DNA of 64,000 nt, from the NCBI GenBank assembly GCA_964455585.1, contig CAYVXW010000001.1, positions 28,248 through 92,247 on the forward strand, in the 5' to 3' direction. A model generated the notes under the pieces. The model worked only from the letters and a program-made list of their open reading frames with translations, was not told where the DNA came from and made no database searches. This DNA comes from an uncultured Christensenella sp. Lineage in GTDB: Bacteria; Bacillota; Clostridia; Christensenellales; UBA1242. Positions 20,553 to 29,968 of the stretch are shown here, piece by piece (within the stretch, counting starts at the first letter, position 1; each line of letters opens with the position of its first letter). Both the position numbers and the translations under genes were made by a program.

Positions 20553-21695
20553 TCAAATTAATTTTAAATTATTTAGGTTCAAATAACCAAAGCCTTCTTT
20601 GTTTCTATCCCCCTCAATAGGCTCACAAGCCGACAAAATCATATACTTAATTTGGTCGGGAGTATAACTTGGATTTATACTTTTTAGTATGCTTGCAACA
20701 CCCGCAACCATTGGCGTAGAAACACTAGTTCCGCTCATAGATGTATAAAATTTTTTGTTATTTTTATCAAACACATTTGTAGAAATTATATTAGTTCCGG
20801 GGACAACCAAATCGGGCTTGTAGTAGCCGTCCACCGGACCCCTGCTACTAAAGTCGGCAACACCCAATTTGACACCAACAATGTCATCCAAACTGCCCAC
20901 CGTTATTACCCTTCTACTTGTTCCGGGCGACATAATACTCTCGCTATCCGGACCACTATTTCCACCCGCCGTCACCACAACAATTCCATTATTCCAAAGT
21001 ATGTTTACACCCCTTACAAGTGGGTCATTATTTCGCTTCAAACTACCAAAACTCATACATACAGTTGTAATGTTATATTTGTCTTTGTTATCAAGCACCC
21101 ATTGCATTGCTTCAAGTATTTTTCCCGAATCAGTTTCGCCGTCTTTATCCAAAGCCTTTATGACAACAAGTCCACACTTTTTGTCAATACCGCCATATTT
21201 ATTTGCAATACCCCACCCGTTTATGACACCTGCCACAAATGTGCCGTGACCATTGTCGTCATACAATTGAGGTTTGTTATTTATTAAATCTACAAATTTT
21301 ATAACCCGATTTTTCCCAAGCAAAAAATCAATGTGCGGATAAATTCCCGTATCAATAATTGCCACATTGGAAGGGGTATAATATGTATCATTTTTATCCA
21401 AAAATTCATCAACCCCTAGGAAACTTTTTGCACTATACATAAGCGAGCAAACCTTTTGGGAATCGGATATATACTTTACAAATTTACACCTTGCAATTTT
21501 TTCAACTTCGCACAAATTCACCTTTACTATAGCGCTTGAAATAAACGGAAGTTTAATTACATTTTTGTACATATTTTCAAATCTAGAAATATCTTTTTTG
21601 TAGTTGTCAAGTTCTATAATGACGGACGCAAATTTATCACTATTTGAACTTAAAGTAATTTTATCAAAAAGGTGTTTGTCAATTTTGTTATACAT
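20553..21695 (-). CDS. Subtilisin-like (S8) serine protease, no signal peptide seen
   Basis: Catalytic triad contexts are present: AIIDTGI (Asp), HGTFVAG (His), GTSVSTPMVAG (Ser). The N-terminal ~100 aa could be a propeptide. Confidence 0.85.
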   Translation of the reverse strand: MYNKIDKHLFDKITLSSNSDKFASVIIELDNYKKDISRFENMYKNVIKLPFISSAIVKVNLCEVEKIARCKFVKYISDSQKVCSLMYSAKSFLGVDEFLDKNDTYYTPSNVAIIDTGIYPHIDFLLGKNRVIKFVDLINNKPQLYDDNGHGTFVAGVINGWGIANKYGGIDKKCGLVVIKALDKDGETDSGKILEAMQWVLDNKDKYNITTVCMSFGSLKRNNDPLVRGVNILWNNGIVVVTAGGNSGPDSESIMSPGTSRRVITVGSLDDIVGVKLGVADFSSRGPVDGYYKPDLVVPGTNIISTNVFDKNNKKFYTSMSGTSVSTPMVAGVASILKSINPSYTPDQIKYMILSACEPIEGDRNKEGFGYLNLNNLKLI

Positions 21696-21975
21696 CTTTT
21701 ATTACATCAATCACTCTATCCAAATTCATCTTTTGGGTGTTACTCAAATATGGAGAAAGTGTTCCTTTTATTTTTTCTAATTCATCATTTCCAAGCGTCC
21801 CCATTTTCTTTTTTGACGCAGTCAAAGATATAAACTCTTGCAACAATTCTTGCTCGCTAAGTTTGCTATACTTGTCTATTATTTTTTCATACTTTTCACT
21901 ATCGTTTTTTGCGTCCCTCACTTCACTTTCTTGACACCTATTTTCATCGAAACTATACTCACTAAATTTACTCAT
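21688..21975 (-). CDS. Hypothetical small acidic protein, translationally coupled to the S8 protease
   Basis: 95-aa ORF whose stop overlaps the protease start by 8 nt. No motif recognised. Confidence 0.45.
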   Translation of the reverse strand: MSKFSEYSFDENRCQESEVRDAKNDSEKYEKIIDKYSKLSEQELLQEFISLTASKKKMGTLGNDELEKIKGTLSPYLSNTQKMNLDRVIDVIKDV

Positions 21976-22086
21976 ATTTCCACCTCAATACTATTTCATT
22001 ATATGAATAAATTTATAAATATGTCCTAAATTTTTATTAACAAAAAATTATACTCTTTCATATATAATCCTAGTAGGAATATAGAT

Positions 22087-22533
22087 ATGGAAAACACAAA
22101 CCTTTCTAACTTAATAAATATTTTGTCAAGTGCCAAAACGGATAAAGAAGTCTCAAGCGAGAGTATCCCAAAAGAAATTCTTGACCAATACCCCTATGGC
22201 GACTTCCCCATAAGATACACAAAAACTGGTCAAGAGTTTTTGAGGAAGAATAGCGAGGCTAGATATCTAAACCCCACTCCACAACGCAAAGAGCCACAAA
22301 GTCAAGAGTTCAATATATCAACCCTTGTTACCCTTCTATCCCTTGTTGGAACAAAGAAAAAGAGCCCAAGCGATATGCTCGAACTCTTTTCGTCAATTCT
22401 ATTTAAAGACAATCCCGAAATTAAAAATATTCTAAAACTGTTTAATGCAAACAAGCAACCAAAGATTGAGTCTTTAGAAAAATTCCCCGATGCAAACAAA
22501 ATTAAAATAAGCACTCTAAAACGCGTGGAATAG
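22087..22533 (+). CDS. Hypothetical protein
   Basis: 148-aa ORF divergent from the protease operon. No motif recognised. Confidence 0.4.
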   Translation: MENTNLSNLINILSSAKTDKEVSSESIPKEILDQYPYGDFPIRYTKTGQEFLRKNSEARYLNPTPQRKEPQSQEFNISTLVTLLSLVGTKKKSPSDMLELFSSILFKDNPEIKNILKLFNANKQPKIESLEKFPDANKIKISTLKRVE

Positions 22534-22535
22534 TC

Positions 22536-23201
22536 TTATGCATCGTTTCTTTCGATAGTATCCACTAGCGAGCCAAATTGCAAATACTTTTTCTTATATC
22601 CAAATTGGTTTGCAATTTCTTCCTCTTCGGTCATAACAATAGCGGACGCCGTATTTGTTTTTATAAGCGACTTTATGTGATTGATAATTTGCCCCCTGTC
22701 AATTGGCGAAATCTTTGCAAAAACATCGTCAATAAAGAATAGTTCAATGTTCCTAATTGATAGTCTAGCAAGTGCAACCTTTACTCTGTCAAGGTAATTT
22801 AGTTCCTTGACTTTTTTGTTTTTCAAATATTCAATCCCAAATCCAACTAGCGCATTATTTACTTTTGCCTCATAAAAAGTTGGGTTCTCCTTTCTCAACT
22901 TTAGTGGATACTCAATATTTTGCTTTACTGTTTTGTTTTCCATAAAAGCAGGACTTGCGGGCAAGTATCCAACTGCAATATCGCTACACGGATCCACTTT
23001 GTCTAGAGGAATGTTTTTGTACTTAACCTCGCCTTTTGCAATGTGTTCTAGCCCCACCAATGTTCTAAGCAAAGCCGACCTACCGCTTTCCTTTCCGCCC
23101 ACAATAACAAGCCTGTCCTTTGCCCCTAAACTAAAACAAATATCGTTTAATGTATAATAGTCTTTTGTAAAAGACACATACAAATGGTTTACTTCTAACA
23201 T
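22536..23201 (-). CDS. Orphan ABC-type ATPase-like protein with degenerate catalytic motifs
   Basis: The ABC fold order is recognisable but every motif is altered. Walker A is GGKESGRS (Lys to Arg). The signature is NYLDR instead of LSGGQ. Walker B is FFIDD (Glu to Asp). The H-loop position reads TEEEE. No permease gene is adjacent. Confidence 0.6.
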   Translation of the reverse strand: MLEVNHLYVSFTKDYYTLNDICFSLGAKDRLVIVGGKESGRSALLRTLVGLEHIAKGEVKYKNIPLDKVDPCSDIAVGYLPASPAFMENKTVKQNIEYPLKLRKENPTFYEAKVNNALVGFGIEYLKNKKVKELNYLDRVKVALARLSIRNIELFFIDDVFAKISPIDRGQIINHIKSLIKTNTASAIVMTEEEEIANQFGYKKKYLQFGSLVDTIERNDA

Positions 23202-23412
23202 AATCGTTCCTTATTTTTACTTTTTATCATTTTACTAAAAAAAATAATTTTACACAACTAAATTATTATTTTTTGCAAATATTAATCCCACAAACTTGCA
23301 TTTTTTTGGCGATTGATATAAACTATACAAGAAGATTAAATAAAGTGCCCCATAAGGACGCCCATATTTAATACAACTTTTACATCAAAATTATAGTACA
23401 AGGGAGAAAAAT

Positions 23413-24822
23413 ATGATTAAATTTGGAACAGGTGGCTTTAGAGCAACAATTGGCGAAGACTTTACAAAAGAATCAGTTCAAAAAATTGCTCAAGCATTAT
23501 GCAAAATTATTAAAAAAAGCAAAGTAAACAAACCCGTTGTTGTAGGATATGACCGTAGGTTTATGTCCGACTACTATGCAAGGTGGGTTGCCGAGGTTTT
23601 TGCCGGAAACAAAATTGTTACAAAGGTTTATACCCGTCCAGTTCCTACCCCAATGGTTATGACTGCGGTCAAGGAAGAAGGTTTAGATTATGGCGTAACA
23701 ATCACCGCTAGCCACAATCCATATTTCTATAACGGATTCAAAATTTGTGTTGCGGGCGGAAAAGATGCCGACAACGAATTTACAAATCAAGTCCAAAAAA
23801 TTGCAAACAAACGCCTAAAAATTAAGTCAATCGACTATAACTTGGCAATCACAAACGGGCTTATTGTTGAATACGATAGTATGAAAGACTACATAAAAGG
23901 TATTTGCAAAACGCTATCCAAAAATGCAAAGGAAAACAACATAAAATTGCTATTTAATGCAATGCACGGCGTTACAAACGAACCTATCAAACTTTTGGCA
24001 AAGAAACTCAACCTTAAAAAACTAGAAGTAATAAAAGAAGACACCGATGTATTCTTTGAGTACTCCGTTACTTCCCCTGAGGAAGCAAATATTGAGGATA
24101 TGAAAAAGATGGTTACAAAGGGCAAATATTCGTTGGGTGTTGCTTGTGACGGCGATGGCGACAGAGTGGCAGTAATCGACGAATTAGGAAACTACTACAA
24201 CGCAAACACCCTAATCCCTGTAATCTACTACTACCTAGTTAAATATAGAGGAATGGAAGGCGATATCGTAAAGAACCAATCCACTAGCGCTCTTTGCGAC
24301 AAACTTGCAAATGCATTTGGATTCAAGTGCCACGAAGTCCCTGTTGGCTTTAAGTACATATCCTCAAAAATGACGGAAGTTGACGCCCTAATCGGTGGAG
24401 AGAGTTCGGGGGGGCTTGCAATGAGAGGCTATACCCCTTGCAAAGACAGTATGTTTACAATCGCACTTTTGCTTGACGCTATGGCAACAATCGGAAAACC
24501 TCTAAGCGAAATCATAGCCGAAGTAAAAGAATTTGCCGAATATATATCTACATATATCGAAGGAAATGTAACCGTAACATCAAAGAAGAAAATTCAAAAA
24601 GCACTAAGAAAAGTAACCCCTAGTTTCCCATACAAACCAACCCAAATAATAAAGGCTAGCGATGGCACAAAATATATATTTGAGGACGGAAGTTTTGTGC
24701 TAATTAGATTCTCGGGTACCGAAGATTTGCTTAGATATGCACTTGAATTCCAAACCGAAATTGAATGCGAAAGAGCACTTAAAGCAATTGAAGCATACAT
24801 TGCTTTGTTTGACAAAAAATAA
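23413..24822 (+). CDS. Phosphoglucomutase/phosphomannomutase family protein
   Basis: Active-site TASHNP, metal-binding DGDGDR and sugar-binding GGESSGG motifs. Confidence 0.85.
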   Translation: MIKFGTGGFRATIGEDFTKESVQKIAQALCKIIKKSKVNKPVVVGYDRRFMSDYYARWVAEVFAGNKIVTKVYTRPVPTPMVMTAVKEEGLDYGVTITASHNPYFYNGFKICVAGGKDADNEFTNQVQKIANKRLKIKSIDYNLAITNGLIVEYDSMKDYIKGICKTLSKNAKENNIKLLFNAMHGVTNEPIKLLAKKLNLKKLEVIKEDTDVFFEYSVTSPEEANIEDMKKMVTKGKYSLGVACDGDGDRVAVIDELGNYYNANTLIPVIYYYLVKYRGMEGDIVKNQSTSALCDKLANAFGFKCHEVPVGFKYISSKMTEVDALIGGESSGGLAMRGYTPCKDSMFTIALLLDAMATIGKPLSEIIAEVKEFAEYISTYIEGNVTVTSKKKIQKALRKVTPSFPYKPTQIIKASDGTKYIFEDGSFVLIRFSGTEDLLRYALEFQTEIECERALKAIEAYIALFDKK

Positions 24823-24869
24823 ATAAATTGGGTATTATGCAAACATTGTTTTATATCCTACATAAAGCC

Positions 24870-24902
24870 AAAAAATCCAACTTTAATAAGTTGGATTTTT
24901 TT
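24870..24902. terminator. Bidirectional A-run/T-run hairpin terminator
   Basis: AAAAAATCCAACT-ttaata-AGTTGGATTTTTTT between convergent genes. Confidence 0.65.
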
Positions 24903-24917
24903 ATGATTTATTATTAT

Positions 24918-26462
24918 TTATTCACTAACAGTATATTGTTTAAACTCTATTGTGCCATTAAATACAAACTCACACGAACTATCACACGCCGTTTTGTAGT
25001 CCTCGCTAGGATAATATTGAACGGTGTCTTTTTGCACTACTGATGCGTTACCTTCCGAATTTGTCATACCCCATAGTGTTCCCGAAATATTGCCCTTTGC
25101 AGTAAACTTAAATGGAATAATCTTACTTGCACTAGTAGGCATAAACACCTCTCCCGAACCACTTTCGTCTAGTTCTATACTATGTCTAAATGGTTGACTT
25201 AGCCCGTCTTTTATTTCCTCAAAAGTAACCGACACTTTGGAAGAACCTAGCGTTTTGATTCTAAGTTTGTTAACCTTGTTTACAACCGAAATATTGCCCT
25301 CTACGTTCTCGATATATGTATCAATATTTTGTTCATAGTCACCTGTGCTATTTACTTTAATATTGCCTCTTTTGCTTTTAAATACACCGCTTTCCTCATA
25401 TGAGTCAACCGAAATGTCGCCGTAGTGAGTAATTACGCTAATATCCTCTTTTGCCTTTGTTACCTTAACTCCACCGTGCTCACTTTCAATTGTCACATCA
25501 TCGTTTGTTTCCCCTAGTTCAATCGAACCCGAAGAAGTGATAATACCCGTTTTGCCATAAATCGTATTGATTTTTACGCCACAAGTATCGGTTATGATTG
25601 TATTTTCGTTTGAACCCGAATTCAGAATGCCCACATTAACTTTTCCGTTGTCGGACATAAAGGTAAAGCCCTCGTTTGTAGCATTAATGCTTTCGGCTGT
25701 AAAGTTTACCCCCGTGCCCCTAATATCAAATGAAGCATCTGCGTTTTTAAATCTAAATGTGCCCCTTTCCGAACTGATTTTTGCAAGTGATGAGCAAGCA
25801 AGCGAACTGAAGTTCCTAAAGTCAAAATCACCACTTTTTGTAGATAAATTTAGAACCGATAGCGAAAGTACGCCCAAATCGCTACTGCCCGAGTTTTCTA
25901 TTTCAAAGTTGCCCGAATTTGTAGAAACAGTTAGTTTAGATATGTTTACGCTTGTATCATCGGCACTTACAACCTTTATATCGGCACTTTTTGTATTGCA
26001 AACAAGTGCATACTTAAGGTTTGATGGAATAGCAACCCTTGCACCACTACCAGTTAAAGATATTAGTCCCTCGGGCTCGGTTACATTAAGTCCAATTTTC
26101 AAAACCCCGTCTTTTACTTCAACATCTTTTATAACCCTATATTCGGTTATGTCATAGGCTATTCCAAATGTGCCAACATTAAGCGAGTAATCCACGCCAT
26201 TGTGCTCAGTATTAGAAACAATGGTAATAGGAACCTTGTTACTACTAACACTTAGTTCCACGCTATCATAATTTGAATACTCGCTAAACATAATTGTGTC
26301 GCCCTGAAAATTCTCTTTTACGTGCGTTACGCCCACACCCATTATTCTAAAACTTGGCACAAAATACATCACGCCAAACAAAAGTATGCCCGCCCCCAAA
26401 ATTATGGCAAGCACAATTCCAATATAAATAAGTACGCCCTTTAATGCTTTCATAAAGACCAC
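24918..26462 (-). CDS. Membrane-anchored beta-rich repeat protein (DUF4097/adhesin-like)
   Basis: An N-terminal TM helix is followed by many short repeats of the type G-x-I/V-x-V...S-G-x-I/F. Family assignment is by eye. Confidence 0.4.
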   Translation of the reverse strand: MVFMKALKGVLIYIGIVLAIILGAGILLFGVMYFVPSFRIMGVGVTHVKENFQGDTIMFSEYSNYDSVELSVSSNKVPITIVSNTEHNGVDYSLNVGTFGIAYDITEYRVIKDVEVKDGVLKIGLNVTEPEGLISLTGSGARVAIPSNLKYALVCNTKSADIKVVSADDTSVNISKLTVSTNSGNFEIENSGSSDLGVLSLSVLNLSTKSGDFDFRNFSSLACSSLAKISSERGTFRFKNADASFDIRGTGVNFTAESINATNEGFTFMSDNGKVNVGILNSGSNENTIITDTCGVKINTIYGKTGIITSSGSIELGETNDDVTIESEHGGVKVTKAKEDISVITHYGDISVDSYEESGVFKSKRGNIKVNSTGDYEQNIDTYIENVEGNISVVNKVNKLRIKTLGSSKVSVTFEEIKDGLSQPFRHSIELDESGSGEVFMPTSASKIIPFKFTAKGNISGTLWGMTNSEGNASVVQKDTVQYYPSEDYKTACDSSCEFVFNGTIEFKQYTVSE

Positions 26463-26528
26463 CTTTAAGACATTATATTTATTTTAGTATACAACACTTT
26501 TAAAATAAAATCAATCTATAGCACCAAA

Positions 26529-26572
26529 TAAAAAAATAGATATACACCCAATTTTGGCATATATCTATTTTT
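26529..26572 (-). terminator. Terminator downstream of alaS
   Basis: AATAGATATA/TATATCTATT stem with the T-run on the minus strand. Confidence 0.6.
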
Positions 26573-26575
26573 AAA

Positions 26576-28414
26576 TTACTCAAGTATTGCCTTGATTCTT
26601 CTAACGCCACTAGACGACGCTTCTTCTTTTTTAATCTTAAATTTGCCTAGTTCGCTTGTATTATTTACGTGAGGTCCCGTACAAATTTCTTTTGACACGT
26701 CACCAATAGAATAAACGGTTACAATGTCGGGATATCTATCAATAAATTGATGCTCGGCACCAATTTCAACCGCACGCTCTTTCTTCATTTCTTCGCAAGT
26801 TACATCCATACCTGCGCCAATCCACTCATTGACCAAAGCCTCCGTTCTAGATAGTTCATCTTCTGTCATCTTGTGGTCGCAAGCAAAGTCAAATCTAAGC
26901 CTTTCGGAAGTAATATTTGAGCCCATTTGGTGCGAGCCCTCTCCAATAACCCTCTTTAATGCGGAGTTAAGCAAGTGTGTTGCAGTATGATATTTTGTTT
27001 CCATTTCACCGTTTCCGCCAAGTCCACTCTTAAATGCCCCTGCACTTGTAGTCCTTGCTAGTTCTTGGTGCTCCTCAAAAGCCTTTTTAAATCCTTCCTC
27101 ATCAACCTTTAGTCCCAACTCTTCCGCCATCTCTATGGTCATTTCAATTGGGAAACCAAAAGTATCATAAAGTCTAAACGAAGCCTTTCCGCTAATAGTC
27201 GTGTCCTCGGTGGTCTCCACATAACTAGGGTCTTTGGATTTTAGGAACTCCACTTTTCTTCTAAGCCCGCTAACAACCTTATCAAATTCCTTTGTGCCCG
27301 TTTCGATAGTCTTATTAAACTTTTCTACTTCCTTGTTTATTTCGGCTAGGATATGGTCTTTCTTTTCAAGCAAGTTTGGATAAGCCTTGTCATAAACCTT
27401 TTCAATAAAGATTTTTACAACTTCGCTTAGTTCGGATACATCCAAACCTATTTTCTTTGCGTGCCTAATGGCTCTTCTTAGTAGCCTTCTTAGTATATAG
27501 CCCGCCCCAACATTGCTAGGAACAATGCCATTTTTGTCGCCGATAAGCATCATCGAAGTCCTTAGGTGGTCGGCAATAATTCTAATAGATGCCGTAGTCT
27601 TTTGGTCTTCTCCATACACCTTACCCGACTTTAGAGAAATGTACTCAATAACCTTGCTAAATAGGTCGGTTTGATAAACGTCTTTTAGTCCATTTAGGAA
27701 CATCAATACTCTTTCAAAGCCAAAGCCCGTGTCTACATTTTTGTTGGTAAGCGGAATATATCCGTCCTCGGTCTTTTTGTATTGCATATATACATCATTT
27801 CCGATTTCAACAAACCTGCCACAATCGCAAGTAACATCACATCCCTCCCCACAAGGATTTTCGTGCAAAGGATAGAACCACTCGTTGTCTGGTCCACAAG
27901 GTGTGCCAGTGGTACCCGCTAGTTCCCACCAGTTGTTATCTTTGTCAAGGTAGAAAATATTCTCTTTTTTTATGCCCAAACCCATAAGCAAGTTTGCCGT
28001 TTCATCATCCCTTGGAACGCTATCATTTCCCGCAAATACAGTGGAGCATATTTTTGACTTGTCCATTCCAAATACATCGGTAAGTAGTTCCAAAGTCCAA
28101 GCAGTTTTTTCTTTTTTGAAATAGTCGCCTAGGCTCCAGTTTCCCATCATTTCAAAGAAAGTACAATGACTCTCGTCTCCAACCGACTCAATATCTACCG
28201 TTCTTACACAACCTTGAACATTACAAAGTCTAGTACCCATTGGGTGTTTTTCGCCAAGAAGATATGGCATTAGTGGTTGCATTCCCGCAACATTAAACAT
28301 AACCCCCGTTGTGCCGTCGCCAATAAGCGATACCGCACCAATATCTACGTGACCTTTTGACTTATAAAAATTAAGCCACGCTTCTCTTAATTCTTTTGAA
28401 TTGAATTTTTTCAT
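26576..28414 (-). CDS. alaS: Alanine--tRNA ligase, short form (catalytic plus editing domains, no C-Ala domain)
   Basis: Class II AlaRS core (FEMMGNWSLGDYFKKE), editing-domain HTATHLL and CTGPHV motifs. The protein ends at GVRRIKAILE after 612 aa. Confidence 0.85.
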   Translation of the reverse strand: MKKFNSKELREAWLNFYKSKGHVDIGAVSLIGDGTTGVMFNVAGMQPLMPYLLGEKHPMGTRLCNVQGCVRTVDIESVGDESHCTFFEMMGNWSLGDYFKKEKTAWTLELLTDVFGMDKSKICSTVFAGNDSVPRDDETANLLMGLGIKKENIFYLDKDNNWWELAGTTGTPCGPDNEWFYPLHENPCGEGCDVTCDCGRFVEIGNDVYMQYKKTEDGYIPLTNKNVDTGFGFERVLMFLNGLKDVYQTDLFSKVIEYISLKSGKVYGEDQKTTASIRIIADHLRTSMMLIGDKNGIVPSNVGAGYILRRLLRRAIRHAKKIGLDVSELSEVVKIFIEKVYDKAYPNLLEKKDHILAEINKEVEKFNKTIETGTKEFDKVVSGLRRKVEFLKSKDPSYVETTEDTTISGKASFRLYDTFGFPIEMTIEMAEELGLKVDEEGFKKAFEEHQELARTTSAGAFKSGLGGNGEMETKYHTATHLLNSALKRVIGEGSHQMGSNITSERLRFDFACDHKMTEDELSRTEALVNEWIGAGMDVTCEEMKKERAVEIGAEHQFIDRYPDIVTVYSIGDVSKEICTGPHVNNTSELGKFKIKKEEASSSGVRRIKAILE

Positions 28415-28448
28415 AATTTAGCCCTTTAATAATATATTTAACTTAGAT

Positions 28449-28477
28449 ATATTATCACAATTAAACTAATTTATCAA
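28449..28477 (-). promoter_or_regulatory. Candidate sigma-A promoter for alaS
   Basis: Minus strand reads TTGATA, 17 nt, TGa-TAATAT (extended -10). Confidence 0.4.
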
Positions 28478-28486
28478 CTAAGTCGC

Positions 28487-29854
28487 TCAAAGTTTATTTA
28501 TTTTTTCGCTATATCTTGAAAAAATCAAACACGAAAGCATAAGCGACACTTCAATCCCCACAAATAATATAACCGCTAGCCCGCTTTGGGTAAACAAGGT
28601 TTGCACTTTTAGGCTAGCGTCAAATCCAATTACATCTAGCATCACCCCTACAATTAGCCCAGATATTGAACTAGCCATATTCCCCGCAAAAGTCATAGCC
28701 GACGAGTAAGTAGCATTGCACGCCCCGTCACGGCTTATCCCCATAACAATATCGCCATAAATGCTTGTGGGCAAAGTATATAGCGCACCACTGCCAATCC
28801 CACAAAAAAATATTGCAACCATCATTAGCCAAAAACTTATTTCATATAGTTCTATTCTAAAAATGTAAATTAGTATCACCGCAAATACCGATAGAATTGT
28901 AATAATTATGCCAAAGACAAGTGCATTTTTCTTATTTCCCCTTTTGGATAGCATCACCCAAAGCGGTTGGCTAAGTATTGTGCCTATTAGCAATGTCAAA
29001 AGTAGTATAGTTATATTTCCGCTAGTATAAAAAAGGGAATAAGTAAAAAAGTGTAGCCCCACACTACAAAGTATAACCGTTGCAACACTAGTTAGGACAT
29101 AACCCCATATTATCTTGCTCACACGTCCGTCTTTAAACACCGCCAAAAAACCCCGCATAAGCCCCGAAATGGATAGTTTTGGTTTGCTACTAATTTTTGT
29201 AAATTCGGGCTTTGAAATGGTCAAAACGGAAGATATTAGCCCCGCCACGAGACAAATAGCACTTGTAAATATGGCTATCTTTGTATATCCCACGGGATTT
29301 AGTTGTCCAATAGGATATTCCTCGGTGCTAGGCAAAAATATTAGCATAAGTAACGACGAGGTTATCATTCCAATAAGATAAAACACCGTGTTTGTTGCAC
29401 CCACTTTTGTGCGGTCAAATTCGTTAGTTGCCAGTTCATTTCCAAGTGCCATATATGGAGTTGAAAACATTGTGTTAAAAGTTTCGAGTATAAGCAAGAA
29501 CACTAGTATCCACACAAACTTCATCCCCTCGCTTAGCCCCATAGGCACACACCACAAAAAGACATTTGTCACCGCCATTCCTATGGTTGCAATTAGCATA
29601 TAGCCGTTTCGCTTGCCAAACTTGCCTAATGGGAAATTGTCGCTAATGTATCCCACTATCGTATCACTTAGCCCATCCCATATAGTGCTTATTGCAAGCG
29701 CAATCCCTACAGTAGTGCCCCTAATTCCCAAAACCGAGGTGGCAAAGAACATAAAAAAATTAGCAACCGTTTGGCTAATAACGCTATAACTAAGCCCACC
29801 AAAGCCATAAAAATATTTTTTCAAGCCCACCACATCCTTATTTAATCTTTGCAT
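28487..29854 (-). CDS. MFS transporter, GPH (glycoside-pentoside-hexuronide) type
   Basis: About 12 TM helices and a GPH-like N-terminus (YGFGGLSY...IWDGLSDTIVGYISD). Confidence 0.7.
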   Translation of the reverse strand: MQRLNKDVVGLKKYFYGFGGLSYSVISQTVANFFMFFATSVLGIRGTTVGIALAISTIWDGLSDTIVGYISDNFPLGKFGKRNGYMLIATIGMAVTNVFLWCVPMGLSEGMKFVWILVFLLILETFNTMFSTPYMALGNELATNEFDRTKVGATNTVFYLIGMITSSLLMLIFLPSTEEYPIGQLNPVGYTKIAIFTSAICLVAGLISSVLTISKPEFTKISSKPKLSISGLMRGFLAVFKDGRVSKIIWGYVLTSVATVILCSVGLHFFTYSLFYTSGNITILLLTLLIGTILSQPLWVMLSKRGNKKNALVFGIIITILSVFAVILIYIFRIELYEISFWLMMVAIFFCGIGSGALYTLPTSIYGDIVMGISRDGACNATYSSAMTFAGNMASSISGLIVGVMLDVIGFDASLKVQTLFTQSGLAVILFVGIEVSLMLSCLIFSRYSEKINKL

Positions 29855-29933
29855 ATATTATTGACAATATTTTGGGGCAATAATCGTTCCCCGTTTCACT
29901 ACTATGCAAAACTTGGGTTTTCGTTTAAATAAA

Positions 29934-29963
29934 GCCAAAAAAAGTCAGTATAAAACTGACTTT
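29934..29963 (-). terminator. Terminator downstream of dnaB
   Basis: AAAGTCAGT-ataaa-ACTGACTTT with the T-run on the minus strand. Confidence 0.6.
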
Positions 29964-29968
29964 ATAAA

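Noticed and set aside
25567-26157. Long antisense ORFs inside real genes (for example 25567-26157, 30962-31465, 35530-35985, 35970-36389, 36289-36930, 9666-10190, 46872-47282)
   Set aside because: These are shadow ORFs opposite strongly supported genes. They are low-complexity or Ser/Phe/Leu-rich, and they lack an RBS and any recognisable motif.
28431-28460. dif (XerCD) site resemblance in TTAACTTAGATATATTATCACAATT
   Set aside because: Only the central TATATTAT resembles the Firmicutes dif core. Both arms mismatch. The sequence is better explained as the alaS -10 region.
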